DNA from: Verrucomicrobiia bacterium | GTDB lineage: Bacteria > Verrucomicrobiota > Verrucomicrobiia > Limisphaerales > UBA1319 | Reading direction: 5' to 3' | NCBI GenBank assembly: GCA_963664225.1 | Contig: OY760937.1 | Location: 4,448,001-4,512,000 of the forward strand | Length of the DNA stretch: 64,000 nt | Shown here: positions 38,765 to 48,028 of the stretch, piece by piece | How positions within the stretch are numbered: the stretch's first letter is position 1 | How the letters are laid out: the number at the start of each line of letters is the position of its first letter | Translations under genes and position numbers: made by a program | Notes under the pieces: generated by a model | The model's input: only the letters and a program-made list of their open reading frames with translations | Database searches by the model: none | What the model was told of the DNA's origin: nothing

Positions 38765-41700
38765 TTACTTCTTGAGCCGGTAAAAGCGCGCGACGGAGTT
38801 GGTGTCGAGTGACGCTTGTGTGCCGCTGACGTTGGGCACGGCTGACCATTGCGGTTGTGAGAGGCTGTCGGTGAATTCCAGGGTGTAGCCCGTGGCAGTA
38901 TCGGGCCAGGTAATGAGGATGCTCGATCCGGAGATTTGCACCGAAAGCGAGGGAGGAGCGGTATTCGTGAAGGTGGCTGCCGTCAGCGCGCTCCAGACGC
39001 CGGATTTGAGGGTGCGGGCCAGAACGGTCTGGCTGGTGCCGATGGTGATCGGTCCCTGATAAGTTTTCGCTCCAGAATAAATAGCGCCGCCCACAACTCG
39101 GGGATCCACGCCGTTGGTGGTGTAATAAGTCACGCCGGAGGCAGAGCTTATGGAAAGCTGGACCGGCGCGGTGAATTCGCCGCCCTGGGCGCTGAATTCG
39201 GGGGCGGCCAATCGTGGATACAAGTCGGCGTTGATGAGTTGGTTGATGAGCAGACTGGTGCGCTGCGGGAAGAAGTCCGTGAGCAGCCGTTGTTTTTCCG
39301 TGAGCCATTCCGCGTTGCGCGTGTAGGGCTTGGAGGTGCGGACGACATCGCCCCAGCGGGCGGATTCGCCGACGATGGCGCTGTCGATGGAGTCGCAGAG
39401 GGAGAGAAAGCGCGGGATCGTCTGGTTGGTGGTGAGGGCGCCATTGTTGAATAATTGGAGGTGCGCGCGGTCCGCAAAGAGCTGCCGCCATTCGGCGTTT
39501 TGCCGGAGCTGGTTGTAAAGGTAGGCGGGCGAATTGGCCTCGCTGGAATCCGCGCCCACAGTGGTGCGATCAGCGGGGACCCATGGGGGCGTTTCCAGGG
39601 TGTATTCGGCATCCCAGGCAAAGAAGTGGAACAGGGCATTGGTTTCGCGTTTGCGGGCGGCGTTCCAATTCTGCCAGGGCCAGTCCACGGTGGCGCAATA
39701 GAAATTGAGCATCATGTAATCGGCCAGGTTGGTCACATTGGCGTATTGCTGGATTTTCGCGTAGGAAGTTGCGTCTGTGACGCCGCCCCTTGCAATGGCG
39801 AACATTTGATTCCACGCGATGGTGTTGCCGTCGGTGGCCACGGGCACGGTGCTGGGATCGCTGAAGATCGCGTCGTAATCCTCCTTGAGACCGCCGAGAT
39901 AGGCGGCAGCGAAGGAGGCATCGGTGCGTTCGCTGGGATTGTAGAGCCCCCAATAGAGGCCGTCGATGTAGAGGTGGACGAACCGCTCGTGCGCGCTCGG
40001 ACTGCCCATGGCCCGCTGGCTGTCCTTGGTGAACTGGTCGCGCACGTAGATGGCGTGCGTGCGCTCCGCGCCGTCGGCGTTGCCGTTGTTCAGCGGCCCG
40101 GAATAGTCGGTGCGCACCCAGGACATGTTGAAGTTGGGGCGGAACGCCAGGGAGTCAAACTCGGTCAGGTCGGAATTGTCGAAAAACTTGTATTTCAGTT
40201 TGCCGCTGCCGTATTTCGCGCGGAAGAACAAGCCAACCCCGTGCTTGGGCGACATGCTGCGGCTGGCGGAGCCGACGATATGCGTGCCGCAGTTGATCTG
40301 GAATCCCGGTTGCGAGCCGTCCGGGAAGAACATTTCCGCCGAGCATGGTTTTTCGTAATCCTCACCCCGCGAAGAGGCCTGGGTATAGATGCCCGCGGGG
40401 CCCCAAAAATCGTCCGGGTTCAACACAATGCTGACCACGGGCAGCGATTTGAGATCATTGCGAATACGGCCGGCATAGGCGGCATTGGTGACCACGCGGG
40501 GGTCCATCTGCCAATCGTTACCCCAGGCGGTGGGCATGCCCGCACCGGTTTGGGCGAGCACCTGGTCCATAAACAAGTAAGTGCAGGTCACCGAGCCGGG
40601 GACCAGCCAGCCGTCCAGAAACGCGTTTGCGCGCACGCAGGTGGTGCCCGTGATGGCAATCGGGCCGGTGTAGCGCGTGCCGGTGGTCACGGTGGGTTCG
40701 ACGCCGTTGGTGGTGTAATAAATCGCGGCTTGCGCGGTGGCACAGGCCAGCGCCAGTGTGAACGGGGCGTCATAGAATCCACGCGCACGATCGAACTGGA
40801 CGGTTTCGATGACGCCCAGATATCCGGCGCCATTGGCGGCCCCGGGCGTCGGTTCAGGAAAGTAACGCGCACCCAGGCTGGTTTCCGCGACTCCGGCCAG
40901 TGCGGGCAAAATGAGAAAATCCGAATCGCCGGGGCTCAGGTTAAGGCCGTGGATGGCGAGCACGTTTGAACCGGTTTGCAGCGCGCCCAATGCGGCGGAC
41001 ACGTCCATCTTCTCCCATGTGGTGGCCAAAGCCAGCGGATGTTCCGCGGTGGCGGCGGAGTTCCACACGAGGGGGTCCGGGGCATTGAGGGCCGCCACGG
41101 GCGTTCCGTTGAGATAGGCGGCGAAGCCATCGTCATACTGGAGGCTCAATTCGAGCGAGGTGAACGACGCGCCCTCCGGCACGGTAAAGGGCACGCGCAG
41201 CCAGGCGCTGGAGTTGACCCCGCGCATGGCTTTGCCGATATCGGTGGCCACCGCGCCGCCCACACCCGTGAGCGCGGCGGGGGAAACGCCCTGATAAAGC
41301 CGCTGGATTTGGTCCGCGGTCAGCGCAGAGGTCCAGAGGGAGATGTCATCGAGCAGGCCATCGGCATTTTCGCCCGGAGCCCCGGGATCGCCGCCCCAAT
41401 AAAATGGATTTTGCGCAATGTCGCTGCTGGCGATAGAGTTGCCCACCACGACGCCATTTTCGTAATACTGCATTTCGGCCCCGTTTTTCACCACCGCCAG
41501 ATGCAGCCATTGGTCGGAAGGGAGGATGTGCGAAATGAAACCCACGTTGCCGTCGCGGTAATATTCGAAATTGCTGGGTGTGAACTTGATGAATTGGACC
41601 GCGTCGGGGCCGCCGCCGGAGCGGTTGCCCAGCACGACGCAATTCCCGTTCGGCACCGAGCGCTGCCGGTACCAGAACGACCAGGTGAAATTGCTGGTGG

Positions 41701-42511
41701 ACTGGCCCATCATGGGAATGGCGCCGGCCTCCACATAGCTGGTTTGGCCGTTGAAACTCAGGACCGTGCCCCGCTCGGGATCGTTGGTCCACACCGCGTC
41801 ATGCAGGATGCCGCTGGCTCCACTGGCCACCCAATTGGAGGCCACATTTCCCGTGCCTTCGGCCATTGGCCAATACGCATAAAGCCCGGTGCTGGCGGCG
41901 GCGGCCTGGGTGTCGAAGCCGATGCCTGTGGGGCCATTACTCCAGCCGGTAGAGTCAAACGACGGCTGCATCCAAAGCGTGTCCAGCACTCCATTGGTGG
42001 GGACATGGTACCAGGCGGTCGCGCCACTGGCCACAAGTTGGCTGCTGGTGATCGTTCTGGCGCCGCCATAGGAGATGTTTTTGTATTGCTGGGGGTACGG
42101 ATTAAACTCCGTCGCCACGGTCACCCCATCCGGCTCGATCAGCGCCAGATAGCCGCCCTTGGCGTCCATTTGAAAACTGGTGTGAAGCGGCAACCCGGGC
42201 ACGGCCTGGTTGGTGCCGGAGGCGAACACAATCATATAGCCATTGGCGGCAATGTTCGTCGCAGGGAAGGTCCACCATTTCGCCTTGTTGGCTGAACCGG
42301 CCAGGAACCAGCCCTCCAGGTTCACCGGAGCGCTGGTGACATTGCGCAATTCAATCCAGTCCCGGTAAATGCCATTCTCGTCAACCAGTCCCGACGTATT
42401 TTTGGCCATGAACTCGCTGATGACCAGTGGCGCGCTGACGGCGGCGGCGGCCCAATTCAGGCCCGCAACAAATAGACAAAACAGCAACCACAAGGCTGAC
42501 TTTCGTAACAT
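38765..42511 (-). CDS. CotH kinase family surface protein (lamin-tail + LamG + Fn3-associated + CotH + C-terminal FYR domain)
   Basis: VISEFMAKN...DWIEL lamin-tail domain; RGFY...IYYTTNG; VHLYIDGLYWGLYNPSER, DWPWQNW and WDAE CotH motifs; ends RFYRLKK. Confidence 0.88.
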   Translation of the reverse strand: MLRKSALWLLFCLFVAGLNWAAAAVSAPLVISEFMAKNTSGLVDENGIYRDWIELRNVTSAPVNLEGWFLAGSANKAKWWTFPATNIAANGYMIVFASGTNQAVPGLPLHTSFQMDAKGGYLALIEPDGVTVATEFNPYPQQYKNISYGGARTITSSQLVASGATAWYHVPTNGVLDTLWMQPSFDSTGWSNGPTGIGFDTQAAAASTGLYAYWPMAEGTGNVASNWVASGASGILHDAVWTNDPERGTVLSFNGQTSYVEAGAIPMMGQSTSNFTWSFWYRQRSVPNGNCVVLGNRSGGGPDAVQFIKFTPSNFEYYRDGNVGFISHILPSDQWLHLAVVKNGAEMQYYENGVVVGNSIASSDIAQNPFYWGGDPGAPGENADGLLDDISLWTSALTADQIQRLYQGVSPAALTGVGGAVATDIGKAMRGVNSSAWLRVPFTVPEGASFTSLELSLQYDDGFAAYLNGTPVAALNAPDPLVWNSAATAEHPLALATTWEKMDVSAALGALQTGSNVLAIHGLNLSPGDSDFLILPALAGVAETSLGARYFPEPTPGAANGAGYLGVIETVQFDRARGFYDAPFTLALACATAQAAIYYTTNGVEPTVTTGTRYTGPIAITGTTCVRANAFLDGWLVPGSVTCTYLFMDQVLAQTGAGMPTAWGNDWQMDPRVVTNAAYAGRIRNDLKSLPVVSIVLNPDDFWGPAGIYTQASSRGEDYEKPCSAEMFFPDGSQPGFQINCGTHIVGSASRSMSPKHGVGLFFRAKYGSGKLKYKFFDNSDLTEFDSLAFRPNFNMSWVRTDYSGPLNNGNADGAERTHAIYVRDQFTKDSQRAMGSPSAHERFVHLYIDGLYWGLYNPSERTDASFAAAYLGGLKEDYDAIFSDPSTVPVATDGNTIAWNQMFAIARGGVTDATSYAKIQQYANVTNLADYMMLNFYCATVDWPWQNWNAARKRETNALFHFFAWDAEYTLETPPWVPADRTTVGADSSEANSPAYLYNQLRQNAEWRQLFADRAHLQLFNNGALTTNQTIPRFLSLCDSIDSAIVGESARWGDVVRTSKPYTRNAEWLTEKQRLLTDFFPQRTSLLINQLINADLYPRLAAPEFSAQGGEFTAPVQLSISSASGVTYYTTNGVDPRVVGGAIYSGAKTYQGPITIGTSQTVLARTLKSGVWSALTAATFTNTAPPSLSVQISGSSILITWPDTATGYTLEFTDSLSQPQWSAVPNVSGTQASLDTNSVARFYRLKK

Positions 42512-42658
42512 GGCATTCTCATTAGCAAATCCTGTGCCCGTTGTCATCGTGCGAATCAACGGCCCCACGGCCTATTCAGGCCATGGAGACCGCAGATCGG
42601 GATTTCCGTGCTGCCCGTGAGGGAGCTGAAAATGACTCACTAGCAGCGCCACTGGCGC

Positions 42659-43672
42659 CTACGCTCGGGCCAGCTCGCGCAAAAAGGCCGTTTCACGCTT
42701 GAGCACCGCCGCATGCTCGGCCGCTGGATAATGCCCCAAACACTCGTTTTCAAGACATAAATCCCCCTGATAATGGCCCTTCTTCAATAGAGTGAGAATG
42801 CGCCGGTAATCCAGGTCTCCGTCAGCCAGCGTGATGCTGTATTTGTCATACTCCCAGCCGATCGCCCGGGTCGTCTCGCGTTTGTCCGCGGGATACTTGA
42901 TGTTCTTGCAGTGCGTGTGAAAGCAGCGATCCGCAAATTGCCCGATGATGACATACACTTTCTCCAGCGGATGGCCGTACCAATAGAAATTGTTCGGATC
43001 CAGCGTCAGTCCCAGCCGGTCCGATCCCACCCCTGTGAACAATGCCTCCAGAAACACCGGATCATTGGTCGTATTGCCATGGTTCTCGATGCCGTAACGC
43101 ACCTCCGTGCCTTCCGCCAGCTTGCATAGACTCCGGCACGCGCTCACCGCGAAAGGCAGGAACTTGTCCCTGGCAATCGCGTGCGGCACCACATCCAGGC
43201 GGATGGCTTTGACCCCCAGCGCCTGGGCGGCGGGCAGCAGCGCCCTGGTCCACGCCAATTCCTGTTCCAGCCGCTCGTCGAAACGGTTATTCATGCAAAA
43301 CGCAGTAATCCGGATGTTTTGCGCGCTGAGTTCTTTGCGCAGCGCATCGATGCCCGCCGCGTCCGCCACCGAGTATTTCTTGCCCGGATGATAGAGCAAA
43401 TGACAGTCGAGCTTCTCGTTCACGGCCACTTCCACGCCCGTCGCCCCCAGCGCCTTAAGGGCCGACCAGCAATCCGCTTCGCCAGTCGTTTTTAAATGCG
43501 AATCCCGGCACGCGACCGTTAACACGGGCTGCGCCTCCGCCGCGCTGGCGGCTGGAACCAACGCCGGGAGAGCCCCTGCGGCGTAAAGGCAGCCACTGGC
43601 AAGCGTGGCGGTTTTGATGAAGGCACGGCGGGACAAAGCCGCACTGCGAAGTTTGGTAAGTCTTGAGTTCAT
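42659..43672 (-). CDS. Tat-exported sugar phosphate isomerase/epimerase
   Basis: SRRAFIK Tat motif; IENHG, TLDPNN, HTHCKN and LCLENE. Confidence 0.85.
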   Translation of the reverse strand: MNSRLTKLRSAALSRRAFIKTATLASGCLYAAGALPALVPAASAAEAQPVLTVACRDSHLKTTGEADCWSALKALGATGVEVAVNEKLDCHLLYHPGKKYSVADAAGIDALRKELSAQNIRITAFCMNNRFDERLEQELAWTRALLPAAQALGVKAIRLDVVPHAIARDKFLPFAVSACRSLCKLAEGTEVRYGIENHGNTTNDPVFLEALFTGVGSDRLGLTLDPNNFYWYGHPLEKVYVIIGQFADRCFHTHCKNIKYPADKRETTRAIGWEYDKYSITLADGDLDYRRILTLLKKGHYQGDLCLENECLGHYPAAEHAAVLKRETAFLRELARA

Positions 43673-43789
43673 GGGCCAATCATGCCGCATGAATTGGATT
43701 TTGCCAACGCACATTTGGGCAGCCCATTTTTCAGGTAGGGCAGGCAATAATGCATAGCGCAGAGAGCTGAGAGCGGAGGGCAAAGAGCT

Positions 43790-43894
43790 GAGGGGTGATG
43801 GTTAAGAGTTGAGCTCGGCAGACGGTGGAAGATCACATGGATGGACACGATTAACAGGATGGAAATGGATCCTGCGAATCTTGTTCATCGATGT
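43790..43894. repeat. Dispersed ~104-bp intergenic element, copy 2, with a long imperfect hairpin
   Basis: Collinear with 16278-16381; ACATGGATGGACACGATTAACAGGAT pairs imperfectly with ATCCTGCGAATCTTGTTCATCGATGT. Confidence 0.7.
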
Positions 43895-44168
43895 TTGAAA
43901 TCCGGATTGGACTGCCAGAAACGTGAATCAAGCGACATGAGAAACACCCGGCATGCCAAAGCCCCAACCACCGTTTCGTTCACGCCTGCGCCTGTGCAAT
44001 ACCGAGTGCATCCTTGATCATTTGAATGCACGTCGCGCCACGTCTGGCCAGGTCGTGCGTGATTAGCCCAGGCGTGAGGTCAGCTTGATGCTGAAAACCC
44101 AAGCCAAAGAAAGAATCATGGGCGACTCCTTCTCGCCTGTAATCGGATTCAATCGCGAAACTGCGGTA

Positions 44169-47100
44169 TTATCCGCCGCGTCGGTTCTCCTCAAACATTT
44201 CGACTGGCATCGGATGCTCCAGAAGCCAAACCATCTGGATCGGTCGCTCGGATTGGTGGCTGACGTAATCGGATGGTCCGAGGTATGTGAACGGAGCCGT
44301 GACCCCATTCACTTTCTTCAGTGATCGAACGAAGAAAAGCATCGTGTAGCCGCGTTCCTTGTGGTGGACAAGATTCTGACCAGTCTCGCTTGCGAGGCTC
44401 GTTTGCGATTGGCTTTCCCAATGCAACAACTCGCGACTGATAGGGTAGTCTTGATACATTGTGCTTGGAGAGAACTCTTTCTCCGTTTTCTGAAAGGTAA
44501 CCAATGAGACGATGGTTTTTATGTTTGGGAAGTGAAGCCAGCCAACGCCCGTGACACCCGCAGTCTCAAAGGTTGCTCCACCAAGCGCTGCTTTAATTTC
44601 ATCACTCCCGTAAGTGGCATGCAGTTCCAGCGGACATGGAAACGGGAGGTCAAGAGGTTTGCTTCCAACACAGGACTCATCGGCTGACCATTCCAACACT
44701 TCTTCAAGATCGCGTAGCACTGATGGATTCCGGGCAGCCCTCTGGAAGGATTCCTCGATATTCGCAATTCCCAACTTATGGCCCGGTTGTCCCCAGAGTC
44801 GATAGTGGGTGAGAACTGCAGAGTCTCCGGCCTCTGCGAGCGCTGCTTCCGGGTTTCCTGCTCTCAGATAAGTGACGACCTTCCGTAATCGAGCGATCTC
44901 GCGTGGTCCGGAAGTCTGCGCTGCGCTGATGAGTGAGTCCTTCAAGCGACCGATATCGGGGTCGGCCGGGATTTCGGTGAGACGGGCGCTAGCTTTCCAC
45001 TGAGACCAAGTCTTTCTGGAGAGGAGCGTTTCAGGTTCGTAGTCGTGAAAACGGACAAAGTTTCCGAATGTCAGTTGCTGCTGAGCTTCACTTTCAAACG
45101 ATTCCAATCGGTCAGGAACTTGATCAGCCAGATTGCGTAGGTTCTCGCGGATATTGGCCAACACATAATCACGTGCTAACCGGTCGAGTTGAATGCTGCA
45201 ACCGGCAGGTAGGTGTGGAAATTCCATTTCCACCTCCCGCAGGATATTGAACCGCCGCTTGCTTAGCAGAGCTTTAAGCTTGCGGTCTATTCGGTATTTG
45301 CGATGCGCCTGTCCAACGAAGTCCAGGACTGTCAGGCAATCCTTCTCGGGTGAATGACGCAGACCGCGGCCTAATTGCTGAAGGAACACAGTCAGACTTT
45401 CCGTGGGCCGAAGAAACAGAACGGTATTGACCTCCGGAACGTCGAGACCCTCGTTGAGCACATCCCGAGTAAAGAGGAAGCGGATCTTGCCGGCGCGAAA
45501 ATCATTCATTAAAGCCGTTCGGTCATCCGTGAGTGTTTCGCCAACCAACACTGCGGAAGTAATCCCACGCTCATTGAACTTTTCGGCCATGAATTCCGCG
45601 TGACGTACGGATACGCAAAATCCAATGCCGCGAACTCGGTCTAAATATGGCTCGTATCGGAGCAAAGAGCTGAGGACAACATCCACGCGCTGGAGAGCGA
45701 CAGCATGTGCGCCTGTGAAAACTTTCTCCAACTCTGCAACATCGTATTTTCCACTCCGCCAGAACTGGTCTCCTGCCAATGAAACGGGATCTGCAACGCC
45801 GAAGTAGTGGAATGGGCATAGGAGCTTTTCTTCCAACGCCTCGGGCAGTCGGATTTCGGCAGCGAAATGATTGTCAAAATCTGCTGCAACACTCGCACCA
45901 TCCATACGTTCTGGAGTTGCCGTTAATCCAAGAAGAATACGTGGATTGAATTGATCAAATATCGCTCGATAACTGGCAGCGGGACCGTGATGCACCTCAT
46001 CCACAATAATGAAGTCGAAAAAATCGGCTCCGACTTGCTCCCACAAGCGCCGAGTTCCGAGCATGTCCACCGAGCAAAATAGATGGTCGAAACGCGTAGC
46101 GACGTGGGGACCGCCCAGCAGTTCACCGAAATCTGGCGTTCGAAGCACCATGCGGAACATTGCGGCTGCTTGTTCCAAAATTTCGCGTCGATGCGCTACA
46201 AACAACAACCGGGCTTGGCGTTGATTGCTCAAATAGAACCGTTTGAAGTCGAATGCCGCGACGACCGTTTTTCCAGTTCCAGTTGCCGCAACGATGAGGT
46301 TCCTCCATCGGTTATGAACGCTGCGTTCAATTGCCAAAGCGTCGAGAATACGTTCCTGAAATGGATGGGGCGTCATGTCCACCAACAACGTGGAAATGAA
46401 GCCATTCTTACGACCCTGCTGAATCGCATCCCTCAGCACCATGGGTTCATCTGGATTGAATGGAATGAACTCGCGGCTGTTCCAGTACGTTTCAAACTCC
46501 GCTTTGAATTTCTCCAGAATGTGGGGCAGATCCTGATTTGTGATTTTCAGATTCCATTCCAACCCACTGGTCATCGCCGCATGTGACATGTTGGCAGAGC
46601 CAATGTATGCAGTCGAGAAACCGCTGTTGCGTTTGAAATGATATGCCTTTGCATGGAGGCGTGTTCGTGTGGTGTCGTAGGAAATGCGAATCGATACATT
46701 TGGAAGACGGGCCAGCCATTCGATAGCTTCTGGATCCGATGCGCCCATGTAGGAAGTCGTGATGATTCGTACAGGGACACCGCGACCAGCAGCTTCCTCA
46801 AACGCTGGCATCAAAAGTCGAAGCCCGGACCATTTAATGAAGGACACGAGCAAATCCACATAGTCCGCCGAGTGCATCTCGCTACCCAATTCATGGACGA
46901 GCTGTGGGTCGGATGGCGAGCCAGTGAACAAACTGCTTTCTGTGAGAGGCGTTTCAGGCCGTGGCAAGGCTCCTTGCGCGTAATGCGGAGGAGTAATTTC
47001 AAGGAGCACAGGTTTGTCAGAGGAAACGAGACGTCTGTTTTGAAGAAAAGCCGACGACGGACTACCTGCAATTCGCTCAATAATGTCATTGCACAGCCGC

Positions 47101-47294
47101 ATCCGTGTGGCTGTATCACTTTCAAGACGCAGAGCCTTCACTAACAGCTTCGATAGAAAAGCGGCATAGCGTGCCGGTTCTTCCTCTGAGTCGAGTTTAC
47201 CAAAAACCGAACGTAACTCCGGGTGTCGATCAAGAATGGATTGTAGATCCTCGTCAAGGAGCGCTTCATAGATGCCTTGGGCAGGGATTGTCAT
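44169..47294 (-). CDS. PLD nuclease-SF2 helicase-DUF3427 protein (SauUSI-like type IV restriction enzyme candidate)
   Basis: LHAKAY...IGSANMS PLD motif; ATGTGKT, DEVHH, GLTATPERMDG, NEGLDVP and QQLGRGLR; C-terminal YQDYPIS..LHWESQS. Confidence 0.88.
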   Translation of the reverse strand: MTIPAQGIYEALLDEDLQSILDRHPELRSVFGKLDSEEEPARYAAFLSKLLVKALRLESDTATRMRLCNDIIERIAGSPSSAFLQNRRLVSSDKPVLLEITPPHYAQGALPRPETPLTESSLFTGSPSDPQLVHELGSEMHSADYVDLLVSFIKWSGLRLLMPAFEEAAGRGVPVRIITTSYMGASDPEAIEWLARLPNVSIRISYDTTRTRLHAKAYHFKRNSGFSTAYIGSANMSHAAMTSGLEWNLKITNQDLPHILEKFKAEFETYWNSREFIPFNPDEPMVLRDAIQQGRKNGFISTLLVDMTPHPFQERILDALAIERSVHNRWRNLIVAATGTGKTVVAAFDFKRFYLSNQRQARLLFVAHRREILEQAAAMFRMVLRTPDFGELLGGPHVATRFDHLFCSVDMLGTRRLWEQVGADFFDFIIVDEVHHGPAASYRAIFDQFNPRILLGLTATPERMDGASVAADFDNHFAAEIRLPEALEEKLLCPFHYFGVADPVSLAGDQFWRSGKYDVAELEKVFTGAHAVALQRVDVVLSSLLRYEPYLDRVRGIGFCVSVRHAEFMAEKFNERGITSAVLVGETLTDDRTALMNDFRAGKIRFLFTRDVLNEGLDVPEVNTVLFLRPTESLTVFLQQLGRGLRHSPEKDCLTVLDFVGQAHRKYRIDRKLKALLSKRRFNILREVEMEFPHLPAGCSIQLDRLARDYVLANIRENLRNLADQVPDRLESFESEAQQQLTFGNFVRFHDYEPETLLSRKTWSQWKASARLTEIPADPDIGRLKDSLISAAQTSGPREIARLRKVVTYLRAGNPEAALAEAGDSAVLTHYRLWGQPGHKLGIANIEESFQRAARNPSVLRDLEEVLEWSADESCVGSKPLDLPFPCPLELHATYGSDEIKAALGGATFETAGVTGVGWLHFPNIKTIVSLVTFQKTEKEFSPSTMYQDYPISRELLHWESQSQTSLASETGQNLVHHKERGYTMLFFVRSLKKVNGVTAPFTYLGPSDYVSHQSERPIQMVWLLEHPMPVEMFEENRRGG

Positions 47295-47649
47295 CGCACT
47301 CCAATCTCAGAGTGAGGCCATGCACAGACCCGTTGTTGAACACACCACTCTGCTTCCACTGGAAGTCGAGGTTGGGTGATGGGCCTACCAATCCTGAATA
47401 AAAATCGCGCCATACCAATTATCCGAACCGATTGGATGTAATGTAAATACTTAGATGCCAAACAGATCAATAATATTTAATAACAATGTTTCGCACTTCG
47501 CCTTTTAAGTGGCCTTTTGCCCATCACCGAAACTTTTTGGCTAACACTCAGTCCGATAGGGCGTGCAGTCCTCTGCGCGCCGATCTTGGGGCTCCCATTC
47601 ATTCCCGCCGCGTGGATCATCCTTGGCACCTTCCATCCGTCCGTGTCCT

Positions 47650-47751
47650 CAACCCGGAACGGGTTGAAATCTTTCAGCCCCGGGTCGCGAGGAACGAGCC
47701 ACCCGGGGTCATCGTGCACCCTCCATAATTTCCCCAACGCTGTAGGCGTTG
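47650..47751. repeat. REP-like multi-hairpin cluster
   Basis: CAACCCG-gaa-CGGGTTG; CCCCGGGT...ACCCGGGG enclosing GCGAGGAACGAG; CAACGC-tgtag-GCGTTG. Confidence 0.65.
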
Positions 47752-48028
47752 CATCGAATCCTGTTACCTAAAAACTCCAATAAGTTTGCTGGTATTCATG
47801 AATGCCACGGTCTCGCACCGTCCCGCGCGGGAAATGCTATCCTCGCTTGGTAGGGTGAGGCTCTCGCCGAGCCATCCTGGTTTCGCGCTAAATCGTTCAC
47901 GACCTATATACTCGCATGGCCGTTTAGTGGCTTTTTCCGCTCGTTGAGCATTTTTGGCTTTCGCTCTAATTGTGCCCAGGCGCACTGCGTCTCATTGACA
48001 CCGGGATCGTGATGGATAAAATCCGGGC

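Noticed and set aside
39455..42295. Long plus-strand ORFs (504 and 439 aa)
   Set aside because: Antisense shadows of the CotH gene, typical of high-GC codon bias
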